Source: Macrostomum hystrix
Lineage: Eukaryota > Animalia > Platyhelminthes
Reading direction: 5' to 3'
NCBI GenBank assembly: GCA_950097015.1
Contig: CATNEN010000001.1
Location: 8,866,001 to 8,930,000, forward strand
Length of the DNA: 64,000 nt
The position numbers were made by a program, and so were the translations under genes. This document shows, one piece after another, positions 26,965-58,100 of this stretch; position 1 is the stretch's first letter; every line of letters starts with the position of its first letter. The notes beneath the pieces are model-generated. The model saw only the letters and a program-made list of their open reading frames with translations, was not told where the DNA came from and ran no database searches.

Positions 26965-28762
26965 GTTTGAGCTAGCATTCATCCCTGATCCTCAGTTTGA
27001 GCTACCATTCATCCCAGATCCTCAGTTTGAGCTACCATTCATCCCAGATCCTAAGCTTGAGCTACCATTCATCCCAGATCCTCAGTTTGAGCTAGTATTC
27101 ATCCCAGATCCTAAGTTTGAGCTACCATTCATCCCAGATCCTAAGCTTGAGCTACCATTCATCCCTGATCCTCAGGTTGAGCTACCATTCATCCCAGATC
27201 CTCAGTTTGAGCTACCATTCATCCCTGATCCTCAGGTTGAGCTACCATTCATCCCAGATCCTCAGTTTGAGCTAGCATTCATCCCAGATCCTCAGTTTGA
27301 GCTACCATTCATCCCAGATCCTCAGTTTAAGCTATCATTCATCCCAGATCCTCAGTTTGAGCTATCATTCATCCCTGATCCTCAGTTTGAGCTAGCATTC
27401 ATCCCAGATCCTCAGTTTGAGCTAGCATTCATCCCAGATCCTCAGATTGAGCTAGTATTCATCCCAGATCCTCAGTTTGAGCTACCATTCATCCCAGATC
27501 CTCAGATTGAGCTACCATTCATCCCAGATCCTCAGTTTGAGCTGGCATTCATCCCAGATCCTCAGTTTGAGCTAGTATTCATCCCAGATCCTCAGTTTGA
27601 GCTACCATTCATCCCAGATCCTCAGTTTGAGCTACCATTCATCCCAGATCCTCAGTTTGAGCTGGCATTCATCCCAGATCCTCAGTTTGAGCTAGTATTC
27701 ATCCCAGATCCTCAGTTTGAGCTACCATTCATCCCAGATCCTCAGTTTGAGCTAGCATTCATCCCAGATCCTCAGATTGAGCTAGTATTCATCCCAGATC
27801 CTCAGTTTGAGCTACCATTCATCCCAGATCCTCAGATTGAGCTACCATTCATCCCAGATCCTCAGTTTGAGCTGGCATTCATCCCAGATCCTCAGTTTGA
27901 GCTAGTATTCATCCCAGATCCTCAGTTTGAGCTACCATTCATCCCAGATCCTCAGTTTGAGCTACCATTCATCCCAGATCCTCAGTTTGAGCTGGCATTC
28001 ATCCCAGATCCTCAGTTTGAGCTAGTATTCATCCCAGATCCTCAGTTTGAGCTACCATTCATCCCAGATCCTCAGTTTGAGCTACCATTCATCCCAGATC
28101 CTCAGTTTGAGCCAGCATTCATCCCTGATTCTCAGTTTGAGCTAGTATTCATCCCAGATCCTCAGTTTGAGCTACCATTCATCCCAGATCCTCAGTTTGA
28201 GCTGGCATTCATCCCAGATCCTCAGTTTGAGCTATCATTCATCCCAGATCCTCAGTTTGAGCCAGCATTCATCCCTGATTCTCAGTTTGAGCTAGTATTC
28301 ATCCCAGATCCTCAGTTTGAGCTACCATTCATCCCAGATCCTCAGTTTGAGCTGGCATTCATCCCAGATCCTCAGTTTGAGCTAGTATTCATCCCAGATC
28401 CTCAGTTTGAGCTACCATTCATCCCAGATCCTCAGTTTGAGCTGGCATTCATCCCAGATCCTCAGTTTGAGCTAGTATTCATCCCAGATCCTCAGTTTGA
28501 GCTACCATTCATCCCAGATCCTCAGTTTGAGCTGGCATTCATCCCAGATCCTCAGTTTGAGCTAGTATTCATCCCAGATCCTCAGTTTGAGCTACCATTC
28601 ATCCCAGATCCTCAGTTTGAGCTACCATTCATCCCAGATCCTCAGTTTGAGCCAGCATTCATCCCTGATTCTCAGTTTGAGCTAGTATTCATCCCAGATC
28701 CTCAGTTTGAGCTACCATTCATCCCAGATCCTCAGTTTGAGCTACCATTCATCCCTGATCCT
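26965..28762 (+). repeat. 30-bp minisatellite
   Basis: Unit gtttgagctaccattcatcccagatcctca. Confidence 0.98.
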
Positions 28763-29299
28763 CTAAAAATTGGATTTAAATTCCAAAAAGCTAGCTTAGT
28801 ATTTATTTAAAATCTTGACAAGACGAACATTAATACAATGCTTAATCTGTACAAAATATGTTGGCTAGTATTATAAAACCTGTTTTTTATGCATTAAAAT
28901 TTATTTCCGTAATCAGTAATCTCATTAAGATTGCGTATAATGTATTTGTACTGTAACTAAATATTTTTAGCGTAAAATTTCATAAAAACGTTTTTTTTTC
29001 AGTTTATTTTTCTAATTTGTTAACCTATTGCGTCTGAATTGATTAATTATGTTCCTTTAGACTCGTACTCGGAAAATCGCATGTCTATCTATCCTAAAAT
29101 ACATGCGCGTGTTTGGCGTTAAATAATGTTGCTTCATGCCCGATCCATGTTTTTCTGAACGAGGAACTATATTGTTGAAAGAAAACCTATTATCTCTTCG
29201 CTAATTTTATTTTTACTATCTCCGATATAAAAAAAGGAAAACTGACAAAAATAGGAATTTGTCAATAAAATCATTCTTTTTTATGTATCCCCCAAAATA

Positions 29300-30204
29300 C
29301 GATGGCTGCTCAATAAGTTTCCGGAAGAAACATATTTTAACATAGCAGTCAGACCCAGATCTTAACACTTCTCAAAATATCCGCCCTCGAAATCCAAGCA
29401 CTTTTTCATCCTTCTAAACCGCGCAGAAAAACATGCCCCCAAATTGTATCTGTTGATTTTCGCCAATTCGCCTTCCATCGCATTCAGCAGCTCCTTCTGG
29501 GTGTCAGAACGCCTCCCTTTCAAATTTCCGATTGATTTTCGTAAGAGGAAGAAATCGCAAGGCGCCAGATCAGGTGAATACGGCAGATGCGGCAGCAGCG
29601 TCAGGTTTGTCGCCGACAAAAACTCTGACGTCACTCAGGCCTTGTGTGCCGGTGCGTTATCGTGGTGCAGGATGATGTGCCGATTGCGTACGCCAAGTCG
29701 ATCGTGCAGAATGGAATTCATGGTGCCATCTGACACCCCCACATTCTGCACGAGCTCACGAGTGGTCACACGTCTGTCTTCGTCAAGCAGACGCCTGGTG
29801 GCAGCCACAGTTGTAGGCGTGATGGCTGAATTCGGACGTCCTTCACGCGGATCGTCGTCAAGACCGAATGCACCAGTCCGAAAACGAGCGTGCCACTTGT
29901 ACACAACGCTCTGGCTTGGGGCTTCACTTCCAAGCGCCGTTTGAAGCATCTGCAGGCACTGGGATGGAGAATTTCCCAGGCGGAAAAGCAGCAGCAGCAT
30001 GGCTCTCTTGTCACGCCGGGTCAGGCTTGGAGGTGGATCCTGGTTCTCGTCAGTCTTGGCTCTTTTGCGAGTGAACATGGAAATGCAGCGAGCAGAAAAT
30101 TTTATGCATACTGTCTAAACATATTCCCCGATCATTTCCTATAAAAGCTCCTAAAAATAATGCCTAGAACTATGTTTTTCCGGAAAAATATTGAGCAACC
30201 CTTG
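29300..30204 (-). mobile_element. Internally deleted mariner (D,D34D) DNA transposon with pseudogenised transposase
   Basis: Imperfect ~35-bp TIRs (cgatggctgctcaataagtttccggaagaaacata vs reverse complement of the right end caagggttgctcaatatttttccggaaaaacata). TA at 29298-99 and 30205-06. Transposase remnant 30078-29362 has WHARF..DDPREGRP (HTH), HHDNAPAH, YSPDLAPCDF and GGYFE, with an in-frame TGA at 29635-37. Confidence 0.93.
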
Positions 30205-30693
30205 TATTTAACCAATCGCTATGAAAATCCAACGCGAGTACAATATTAAACTATCTCGCGCCTTCTCTGCTATTAAGGCTGTGCCACACTTGGGTAATCA
30301 AACCCTGTTACCATGGAATTCCTATTTCATTCTATAAAATATTTCGGTATATCAACTGTTCACAATTAGATGTACGAGCTATGATTCTGGTACAGGAATA
30401 TCGACTAGGTGAGCATTGTTAAACATTGCTTTACAGTATTTATTGAAAGTCTGCAGCTTTTTCGTCTACCATTTTTTTAATTGCGAACCAAATTCAGATT
30501 AGTATTGGTAAATTGAGCAATTAATGGACTGTCTCGGTATGACCAAATCGTACTGCGAGTGGCTGCACAGCTGCAGCTACAAAGATTGCGTACATGTGTT
30601 CAGTCCAGGGACTGGGGACTAATGCATCCACCCTTATCTCGAACAGCGGACAGAATAAGTTATATGCGCGCATCAATCACGGTGCCGTGAAAA

Positions 30694-49109
<18,416 letters not shown>

Positions 49110-49855
49110 GTCACGCGAGGCGGTTGTCTTTGCTGGACAACTAGCTTCCTACTCAATGTGTTTCTATGCTGTACTCTTTGCAAACTTTGTTTGTTTCGGT
49201 GTTGTTAATCTATAAACCTCTTTAGCCGAAAAAACGGAAACCGAAATTCAGCTATGCCTATTACAGAGCAATATAAGAAGAATTTCCTAATGTTCAATGT
49301 TCTGTTCTTGCCGATCAGTATTAATGAAAAAAATTCTTTCCTGAGTTCCTCCTGTCCTCTAGAAGCGGAGAATGACAGCAGCACACAGAAGGAAGGGAGC
49401 AAGGATAGAATTTTTAAGACAGAAATGGCAGCCTTGGAGGGGAGACGAAGGGGAGATTGTAGTCAGCCAATAGGAAAACAGGTCTTCTAGTAGCTAGGGG
49501 CGGCAAAAGCGCATGCCACCGCGAGGGAGGAAATTTCTACAATCAGTCTCAGGACTCTATAGGCAATAGGCAAGAGAAGCTAAGATACCTGGTAGATTAA
49601 ACCTGAAAAGTGACTTTGCATTTCCTATTTGATTTATTCCAGGCTGTTGCCTTTAGTTAGACATGCCTCAACCCCGGTTAACTAGTGTCCCACTTATTTC
49701 ATGACAGTCGTGCCAAGTTTTGACCGATACGTATTTCGCTAAAATCCGTATTTGTATTTGTATTCTAGTCGCTGGGAAAAACTTATTTTTTTGCAACACA
49801 GAATATAGAGTTTAACTTCAAGCAGAGCTGACCATAGATTAAAATCAAAAAGCGA

Positions 49856-50340
49856 CCGAGTCAACACTCGAGTCAACACTCGGATTAACCAGTGGGTGGC
49901 CTCAAAGCACAAGGACAGATGGATCAATACCGCCGATTGTCGGCAGTCTCGCGCTGCTGTCCTTTGTCCCTCCACTGCCCTTCGCAAAGCCTTGCTTGGA
50001 CTTAATCGCAGGGACATCAGGGCAGTCACCATGGCCCTCTCTGGCCACGGCTGTTTCGCCAGGCACCGCTTCCTGCAAGGCAAAATCCGCAGTGAGGAGT
50101 GCCCTTTCTGCCTCTCCTACGTTGAGGATGCAGATCATTTTATTTGCGAGTGCCCCGCCTTCACTCAGGGCAGGCTCACCTACCTCGGCCCGAACCCGGA
50201 TCTCTCCGACGTTTTCAGGCCTGAGAACATCTGCCAGCTCGTCTGTTGCCTAAGGGCCACCGGGCGAGCGACTCTCCGGAGGAGGACCGCGCTGCGGACG
50301 CCGGCATCACCGGATCCCCCTGCGCGACACCGCAGCGACA
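49856..50340 (+). mobile_element. Second, diverged fragment of a related RNase H/CCHC LINE
   Basis: [47 protein letters not shown] aligns by eye with the ORF at 41327-41986. The 3' end is degraded and there is a 12-bp duplication (cgagtcaacact) at the 5' junction. Confidence 0.85.
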
Positions 50341-52127
50341 CCACAGAACTTTCCAGAAAACGTACGAAAATTTCTCGAAGGTCACTACAATCTCATATCT
50401 CATTTTACATATCATAAAATATTTTCTCATAGCTTTGAATCTAATAACGATTGACACAATGCTCGAAACACTTTTCTTTAGTTTTGAAATAAATAACGCT
50501 AGCAGGTACGCATGCTCAGAACAGTCCTTATTTAGTTTTGAATCAAATAATGCTTGCAGCAATGCTCAAAAATTCCTTTGTTTTAGCATCGAATAACGCT
50601 AATTAGCTACGTATGCTCGATCAGTCTTCGTCGAATACATTTTTATAATAATTATTATAAAATAAAGTATTTTTGAATCGAATAATGTTCGAAAAATATA
50701 GAAATTAGAAATAAACTAAGCTCGTAGCTATGCTTAATATACCTTTTCCACTCCAAGTCTGTCACAAGTAACTTCAAATCTGCCATAGATAGCAGAAAGG
50801 CATACATTCAGCTCGCAAGCCGAGCGCCAACTTAAGAGTCTATGGTTAAAGCTCAGATCAATTCTGTCAAAAGTAACTTCAAATCTGTCCACTGAACAGA
50901 TAGGGAGTTGGAATCAAAGCAGTAAAGACTAGAAAACTTCTTTATAGACAGACCCAGATTTTAACAGTGAAACTTATTTGTCTATGGCAATCTTACATAT
51001 AAATTCTGTCACAAGTTAACTGTTGATGATAGAAGATTAGAAGAAAAAGAAGCAGTAACAAAGCTGATGCTGAAATTTGACCTGCATTCTGCAAAAGCAT
51101 AAATGTACTTTACTTCGGAGCTAGATGAAAAGAAAGCGGCACAATGATCGAAGTCGAGACAAGCTTTGAGTCTTTGACAATAGAAAGGCTGCAGTTTTCA
51201 GCGAGAGATCTCGCTAGCATTGGGCATCATAAAAGCCAATCATTGATATCTGCTATGTACGTTTTACTTATTCATATCAAATCACTCAATCAGCCAAGAT
51301 AAAAATATATAAACGCACGTACGGGTGCTAAAGCAGTGACGCGATCCTATTCAATTGAGAGTATCGAGCCTGTTCAGTGCTTTACCAATGCACGCGTGGG
51401 CGAGAAAAAGCACCGATGCAATCTAATAAAACTGACAGTGTCCGGCCCTATTCTAATTTAACCTTGTTTGGTCTCCTATTGAAAGCAATAGAAAAACTCG
51501 TTTTTCGAATATTTAATACCCTTAGCATTGAGACAAAATGATGAAAATTGATAATACTTTATTATTCCTCTCGATAATTACTTCTACTCCCTCGATGTAT
51601 CATTTTTTCCCACGATAATTCATGCTTCTTCTACGAATATTGATGCTACCTACTCGTTAATGAATGCTTTTCCCAAGATAGATCAATGAGTTTACACATC
51701 AATGGTCATGAAACACGAGCTTGATCTAAAAACTACGAGACTCGTAAACTCGTATATAAACAATGTTCTACTAATTTAGATCCTAAAATAGCGCTGTAGG
51801 ATAACAAATATTTTCAAAACAACAAATAACTCACTCAACCAATCATTTGGTAATTCTTAAAAAATACATTTCGTACAGGCATCAAACCATTATTTTGGAT
51901 ATGTCATAAAATCGAATGTCATAGATTTGTTTTAGTACGAGTATTACTAAAACCAGCAATCGCACCATCCTACTACGATAAACGTTTATTTTGTACACAA
52001 ATTTATAAAGATCCAAAGGGGTCCGATTTTGCTAGTCTATAATACTAAAAGCTATCATTTTCCGAAAAATTTCATGGAAAAAATTTAAGCAAAAATAAAT
52101 GGGCAAGAGAATCGTTATCAATGCGGT

Positions 52128-55100
52128 CTAGTGAACCAGTGCTTTGTGAATTTCTTCCAGTTTAGTATTCAACTGCTGAATACTGGTCTCGATCTCTTCT
52201 AGGCGCTCTTCGTTAGACGTCTCGGCCCTGTCATCGGCGCAGCGCTGCAGCCAGTCGCGGTACTGAGCTCCGTAGGGCCACAGGTACTCGGATAAACTGT
52301 TGCCAAGGCGATTCGGATAGACCTGCAGGAACCGGCGGTGCAAACGACGTTGGAAATATTTTGGTAGATTGGTCTCCAACTCGTAGACGAGGTTCACCTG
52401 CGCATTTGTATCGAGTAGACGATTAGAATGCCATTAATCCAATTAATTATGATGTCAAGGTTAAAAATGCCGAAGAACCCACCCGAATCTGGATCAGTCG
52501 CAGACTGGCTTCCTTTGAAATTCCATCGATATCGCCAACAGCAACACCAACCTGGAAAGTTGAAAATAAATGGCGTTGGTTAATTGAAAGTTATTTGTTC
52601 TTATTCTTTAAGTCATTGTCAAAAGGTAGAAGTAGTCTAGCTTTTGTGCTATTTTTTCTTTGTTTTTAGAAGGCCATGGATACTACGCTTTCCTGTGATG
52701 CCATGACTAATATGGCTACAAGACACGGCTGCATTTTGAACATATATAGACGGCAGTGTTTCGGGTTCTTTATGGTAAACCGGTTTCCCAGTGTTTTTGT
52801 CGATGATATATGAGATTGAACATGCCTTGTTACACATTTATTTTTATTAGTAACGTAGGCCCACTTAATCTAGGGTAAAAAGTGTCATCTAGGGTAAAGA
52901 AATCGTTCGCGTCCCGATCCATTTACTCGTACTTTGGGTTACGACCATAGACAAAACGACGACTGCAGTCCTTTTATGTGTTTTCCCATAGAATGCGAAT
53001 TTTTAGTCATGGACAATATAGTTTGTGCTAACTACCCTGTAGCACGATTTCCTCGATTGTTCCTCGATTGTCTAAAATGATGCTATAGTATTTCACTAAC
53101 TTCACTAAACTTACCAGAAGATTCATCAAGCCGATAGGCATGACAATGACGAAAATGACGAACACAACTAGCAGGCCCGTCTGCATGTCGCCTGTTGAGC
53201 CGCTAATGAAATAGGTGACAAAATCCATCTCGCCAACTGTCATGTCAAACGTCTTGAGTATCGAGTACATCACGTAGCTATAGGGCGTCTGGAATGATCA
53301 ATTTGGATACGCTCTGATTGGCTAGTTGATACTTAATTGTAAACGCCAATGAGAGCTTAAGGCAAAATTTTCACCTGAGAAACCAAGCCAATGTAGAAAG
53401 CCAACGCGAATCCAATCATGAAGAATGAAAATATCACAAGGACCTTCACTAGTGACACGATTACTCTTTGGAACATCAGCGAATAAATACCGGTTATTGG
53501 CAGGCTGGAATGCAATATTTCAAACTTGAAAGTTAATTTAAGGGGAATTAATTGTTAGACATGCATCAAACATGTTCAACAGGTATCACCTTGGTTATTT
53601 ATTTCACCTGTAAGACAGTTTCACCGGTTATAGAATTTAACCTCTCGGATTATTTTACCTGTTAGATTACTTTACCTGCTAGACTTCTTCACCTGTTCGA
53701 CCATTTCACATGTTAGACTATTTCATCTGTTAGACTATTTCATCTGTTAGACTATTTCATCTGTTAGACTATTTCATCTGTTAGACTATTTCATCTGTTA
53801 GACTATTTCATCTGTTAGACTATTTCATCTGTTAGACTATTTCATCTGTTAGACTATTTCATCTGTTAGACTATTTCATCTGTTAGACTATTTTACCTGT
53901 TAGACTTTTTCACCTGTTTGACCATTTCACCTGTTAGATTATTTCATCTGTTAGACTAGTTTATCTGTTTAACTTTTTTGCCTGCTGTTAATAAGGTATT
54001 AACCTGTTAGTCAGATAATACCTTATTTGACAGTATTAATCGGAATTTTAATATCAATATAAAAGAATTAAAATAGTTACTCACTGTTCGAACTGAAAGA
54101 TTAAGAAGCACCAGGCCATGATCACGCTGAACATGCCGCAGATCCAGTTGAATACGCAGGGTTCGCTATCTGGCGGGTAGACAAACACGAATGTGAAAGC
54201 GTACAGTACCAGGAAGAAGATGTTCTCGTAGTTTTTCACGTACTGCAGCCTCTGTAATGTTCGCAGATTGTTATAAAGTCAGATAGATTATATTCCGAAA
54301 TTTTCTAAGCCAAAAAAGTTGGCACATACCTTAAAGACCACTTTGACAGCTTCGACCAGGATGCGAATCGAGAGAATGCCAATCACGATGGACTTCTCAA
54401 GAATCAGTTTTGTGTTAGTCAGCTTCTGTTGAGAGCCCTGTGTTAGTCGATAGGAATGTGGATGAGATGCATTATAAATTCGTACTGTGTTTTCCGTATG
54501 ATGATAAGTTCTTTTTACGAGAGATACCTAAGAGTGGTTAGTGCGTTAGTATAAGTTCGATTCCGCTTAGAGAAGGTTGGGGGCTTGTCGTGCAATTTAC
54601 ACCCTTGAGGGCCAACTTCCAAGGCACTGTGAGAGTGTACTCTGCTTGACGATGAGAAAGTCACTAGCATGTTTTGCCCCCCTTCGGGGAGCAGAAATAT
54701 TTTTAATTCGTCTTGTATATACTTTTTAGCAGCTGTATTTTCAGCTTTTTTAAGCTACAATGATCACCCAGTTGACAATGATCCCCCAGTTGACAATGAT
54801 CCCCCAGTTGAAAATGGTCCCCCAGTTGACAATGATCCCCCAGTTGACGATGATCCCCCAGTTGACAATGATCCCCCAGTTGACAATGATCCCCCAGTTG
54901 ACGATGATCCCCCAGTTGACAATGATCCCCCAGTTGAAAATGGTCCCCCAGTTGACGATGATCCCCCAGTTGACGATGATCCCCCAGTTGACAATGATAC
55001 CCCAGTTGACAATGCATGTGTGAGCGCGCTCAGGAGTCAGCGGAATGGGAATGTACGAGTATGTGGCTCGTAGTGTGGGGCAATGTACGTATGCGTTCAC

Positions 55101-58100
55101 TTCTCTGAGTGTCTAATGTACATCAACCGCGTGCATGCCTTTCTCTCTCACTTTTACACCTTGGCACTGATTGCTATTTAACTCGTGAGTCAACAAATAA
55201 ATCGCTGTAAAACTTCGTCAACTCTAAGTCGCAGTCTCTCTGCCTTAGTCCACAGGAAGAATTGCCTACTCGCTGGCCGCAGGTCTAGTGTCACCAAAAT
55301 GATGTGCCCCTAACCATAAGCGTCATGCAATGATTTATTTTATTATAGACGCAAGTTGCTTGTTAATCGCTCATTGGGACACCAGTGCATCAAAGTGAGA
55401 AACAGTAGACCCGCAGCTAGCTCGAAAAAAACACTGAGACTGGTGAACCAGGGACAAAACCAGGGACAAATGCAACTTTTTTCAGTATCATAAAACTAAA
55501 TCGAATAATAAAATAAGTTAGTTAAAAACTCACAGAGAAGACACCATTTGTAGTGACATTACGACAACCAGTCGATGAGTCAATCTGAGACGGAGGCAGA
55601 GGCCCGTTGTCGGCCACAAATGCTGTTAGACAGCACAGAAACACGGCGTAGAAAAACAGGTCGAACCAGAAGAAGTAGCGAGCTACCGCCCTGCCATTTC
55701 GTAAAATTAAACTCATTTGGTACAATTATTTAATACATCTGACAGACATCTACCGAGTCTGACAGACATCTACGGAGTCTGACAGACATCTACGGAGTCT
55801 GACAGACATCTACCGAGTTTGACAGACATCTACGGAGTCTGACAGACATCTACCGAGTCTGACAGACATCTACCGAGTCTAGCAGACATCTACCTAGTGT
55901 ACCGAGAATTAAAAAAGTTACCATTTGCATTCCAGCAGTGCTTGACACAGCGGATGTTGCAGCAGTTCCATTCGCTTTCTCTTAACCATGGTTCTCAGGG
56001 CCAGGTAGCGTCGGCTAGACGATGACGGATCATCCGGTCCCGGATCCAGGTGGAAGAAGTTGTACGCTACCTAACGAATAAAAGTTTATTATAAAAAGTT
56101 AATGAAAAATGCTGCATAGTCTACTTATGTATCGTAAACAAGTAGTGTCATTCGAATATTTACCATGAAGTTTTTGTCCATTCGATCCCTACTCGACTCG
56201 CTCATGGATTGGTCGAGAATTAACTAGAAAAAAAGATTTTTTAGAGTGATTAGAATGAGGATCTAACAAGGTAACAGTCGAACACGTTAGCTGTCTAACA
56301 ATTCATCCGTTTAACAGTGTGTTTCACGCTCGTACCATCGCTGTCTGTGGCGAGTGCTGAATCAATACGTCCATGTGGGTGTAGCCATTGTCTTTGCGGT
56401 AGGACATCACAAAGTTTCGACTAGAACAAGGAAATAAATTTAATTATTATTTCTTTTTGCCACGCGGATAGGAGAGGTACAGTATCAATATTTTATTCCA
56501 GAATTTTTCTAAAATGAAAATATTAGACATTCCTGTTTTACAGGTAGCAATTACGGGTAACAATCCTGTCTAACAGGTTATACTCCTGTCTAACAGGCAA
56601 CATTCCTGTCTAACAGGTAACACTTCTGTCTAACAGGTAACACTTCTGTCTAACAGATCAAATGCGTGCCAATCATAAAAAAATCGAACTCCTGGCTCAC
56701 TAGGCGTCAGAAAAGAACAGCTGCACAGCCGGATTATTGTTGTTGAGAACGGCAACATCAACTGGAGTCTCATTGTTATAGTTCTGATGCAGTTGGGCGC
56801 CGTTCTTCAGCAACAATTCCAGACAGCTGGCGTCTGTGTCCTCGTGCTTGCAGGCATAGTGCATGGCTGTGTTCTGCGTATTCGAGAATTGAATTAATAA
56901 ATAAAAATTCGATTTTCTACCGATGCTAATTTGAGTAGGTAAATTTTTTATCTTTTTTATAACAGGTGATACTCCTGTCTAACAGGTGATACTCCTGTCT
57001 AACAGGTGACACTCCTGTCTAACAGGTGACACTCCTGTCTAACAGGTGACACTCCTGTCTAACAGGTTAAACTCCTGTCTAACAGATTGCACTCCTGTCT
57101 AACAGGTAACACTCCTGTCTAACTGGTTACACTCTTGTCTAACAGGTGACACTCCTGTCTAACAGGTTAAACTCCTGTCTAACAGATTGCTGTCCTGTCT
57201 AACAGGTGACACTCCTGTCTAACAGATTACACTCTTGTCTAACAGGTTACACTTCTGTCTAACAGGTGACACTCCTGTCTAACAGGTTACACTTCTGTCT
57301 AACAGGTGACACTCCTGTCTAACAGGTGACAATACTGTCTAACAGGTGACACTCCTGTCTAACAGGTGACACTCCTGTCTAACAGGTTAAACTCCTGTCT
57401 AACAGATTGCACTCCTGTCTAACAGGTAACACTCCTGTCTAACTGGTTACACTCTTGTCTAACAGGTTACACTCCTGTCTAACAGGTTAAACTCCTGTCT
57501 AACAGATTGCTCTCCTGTCTAACAGGTGACACTCCTGTCTAACAGATTACACTCTTGTCTAACAGGTTACACTCTTGTCTAACAGGTTACACTTCTGTCT
57601 AACAGGTTACACTTCTGTCTAACAGGTTACACTTCTGTCTAACAGATTACACTCTTGTCTAACAGGTTACACTCCTGTCTAACAGGTTACACTCCTGTCT
57701 AACAGGTTTCCTTATAATATATTTCTCACCCTGCTAGAGTCGGACGCATTGATGTCGACACCTTTTTCAATCATGACGCTAGCAATGTCATCGTGTCCGC
57801 TACCGACGCTCAGCATGAGCGCGTTGCGCCCAAACTCGTCTCTGACAGTAAAAAAACAATTTTAGAAACAATAACGGGTCTGGAGACCAAAAATAGACAC
57901 TGTTGTTAGTGGCCTGATAAGAAGGTAGATTTTTAGTTTGATTGCTAGAAAGGTTAGTCGATTGATTTACAAACAGGCTGGTAGCTTGATCAGCAGAACA
58001 AATTAATCGACCGTCTACGAGCGTACGAGACAGACAGGTAGACATATTAGTAGACAGACTGGTAGACATATTAGTAGACAGACTGGTAGACATATTGGTA

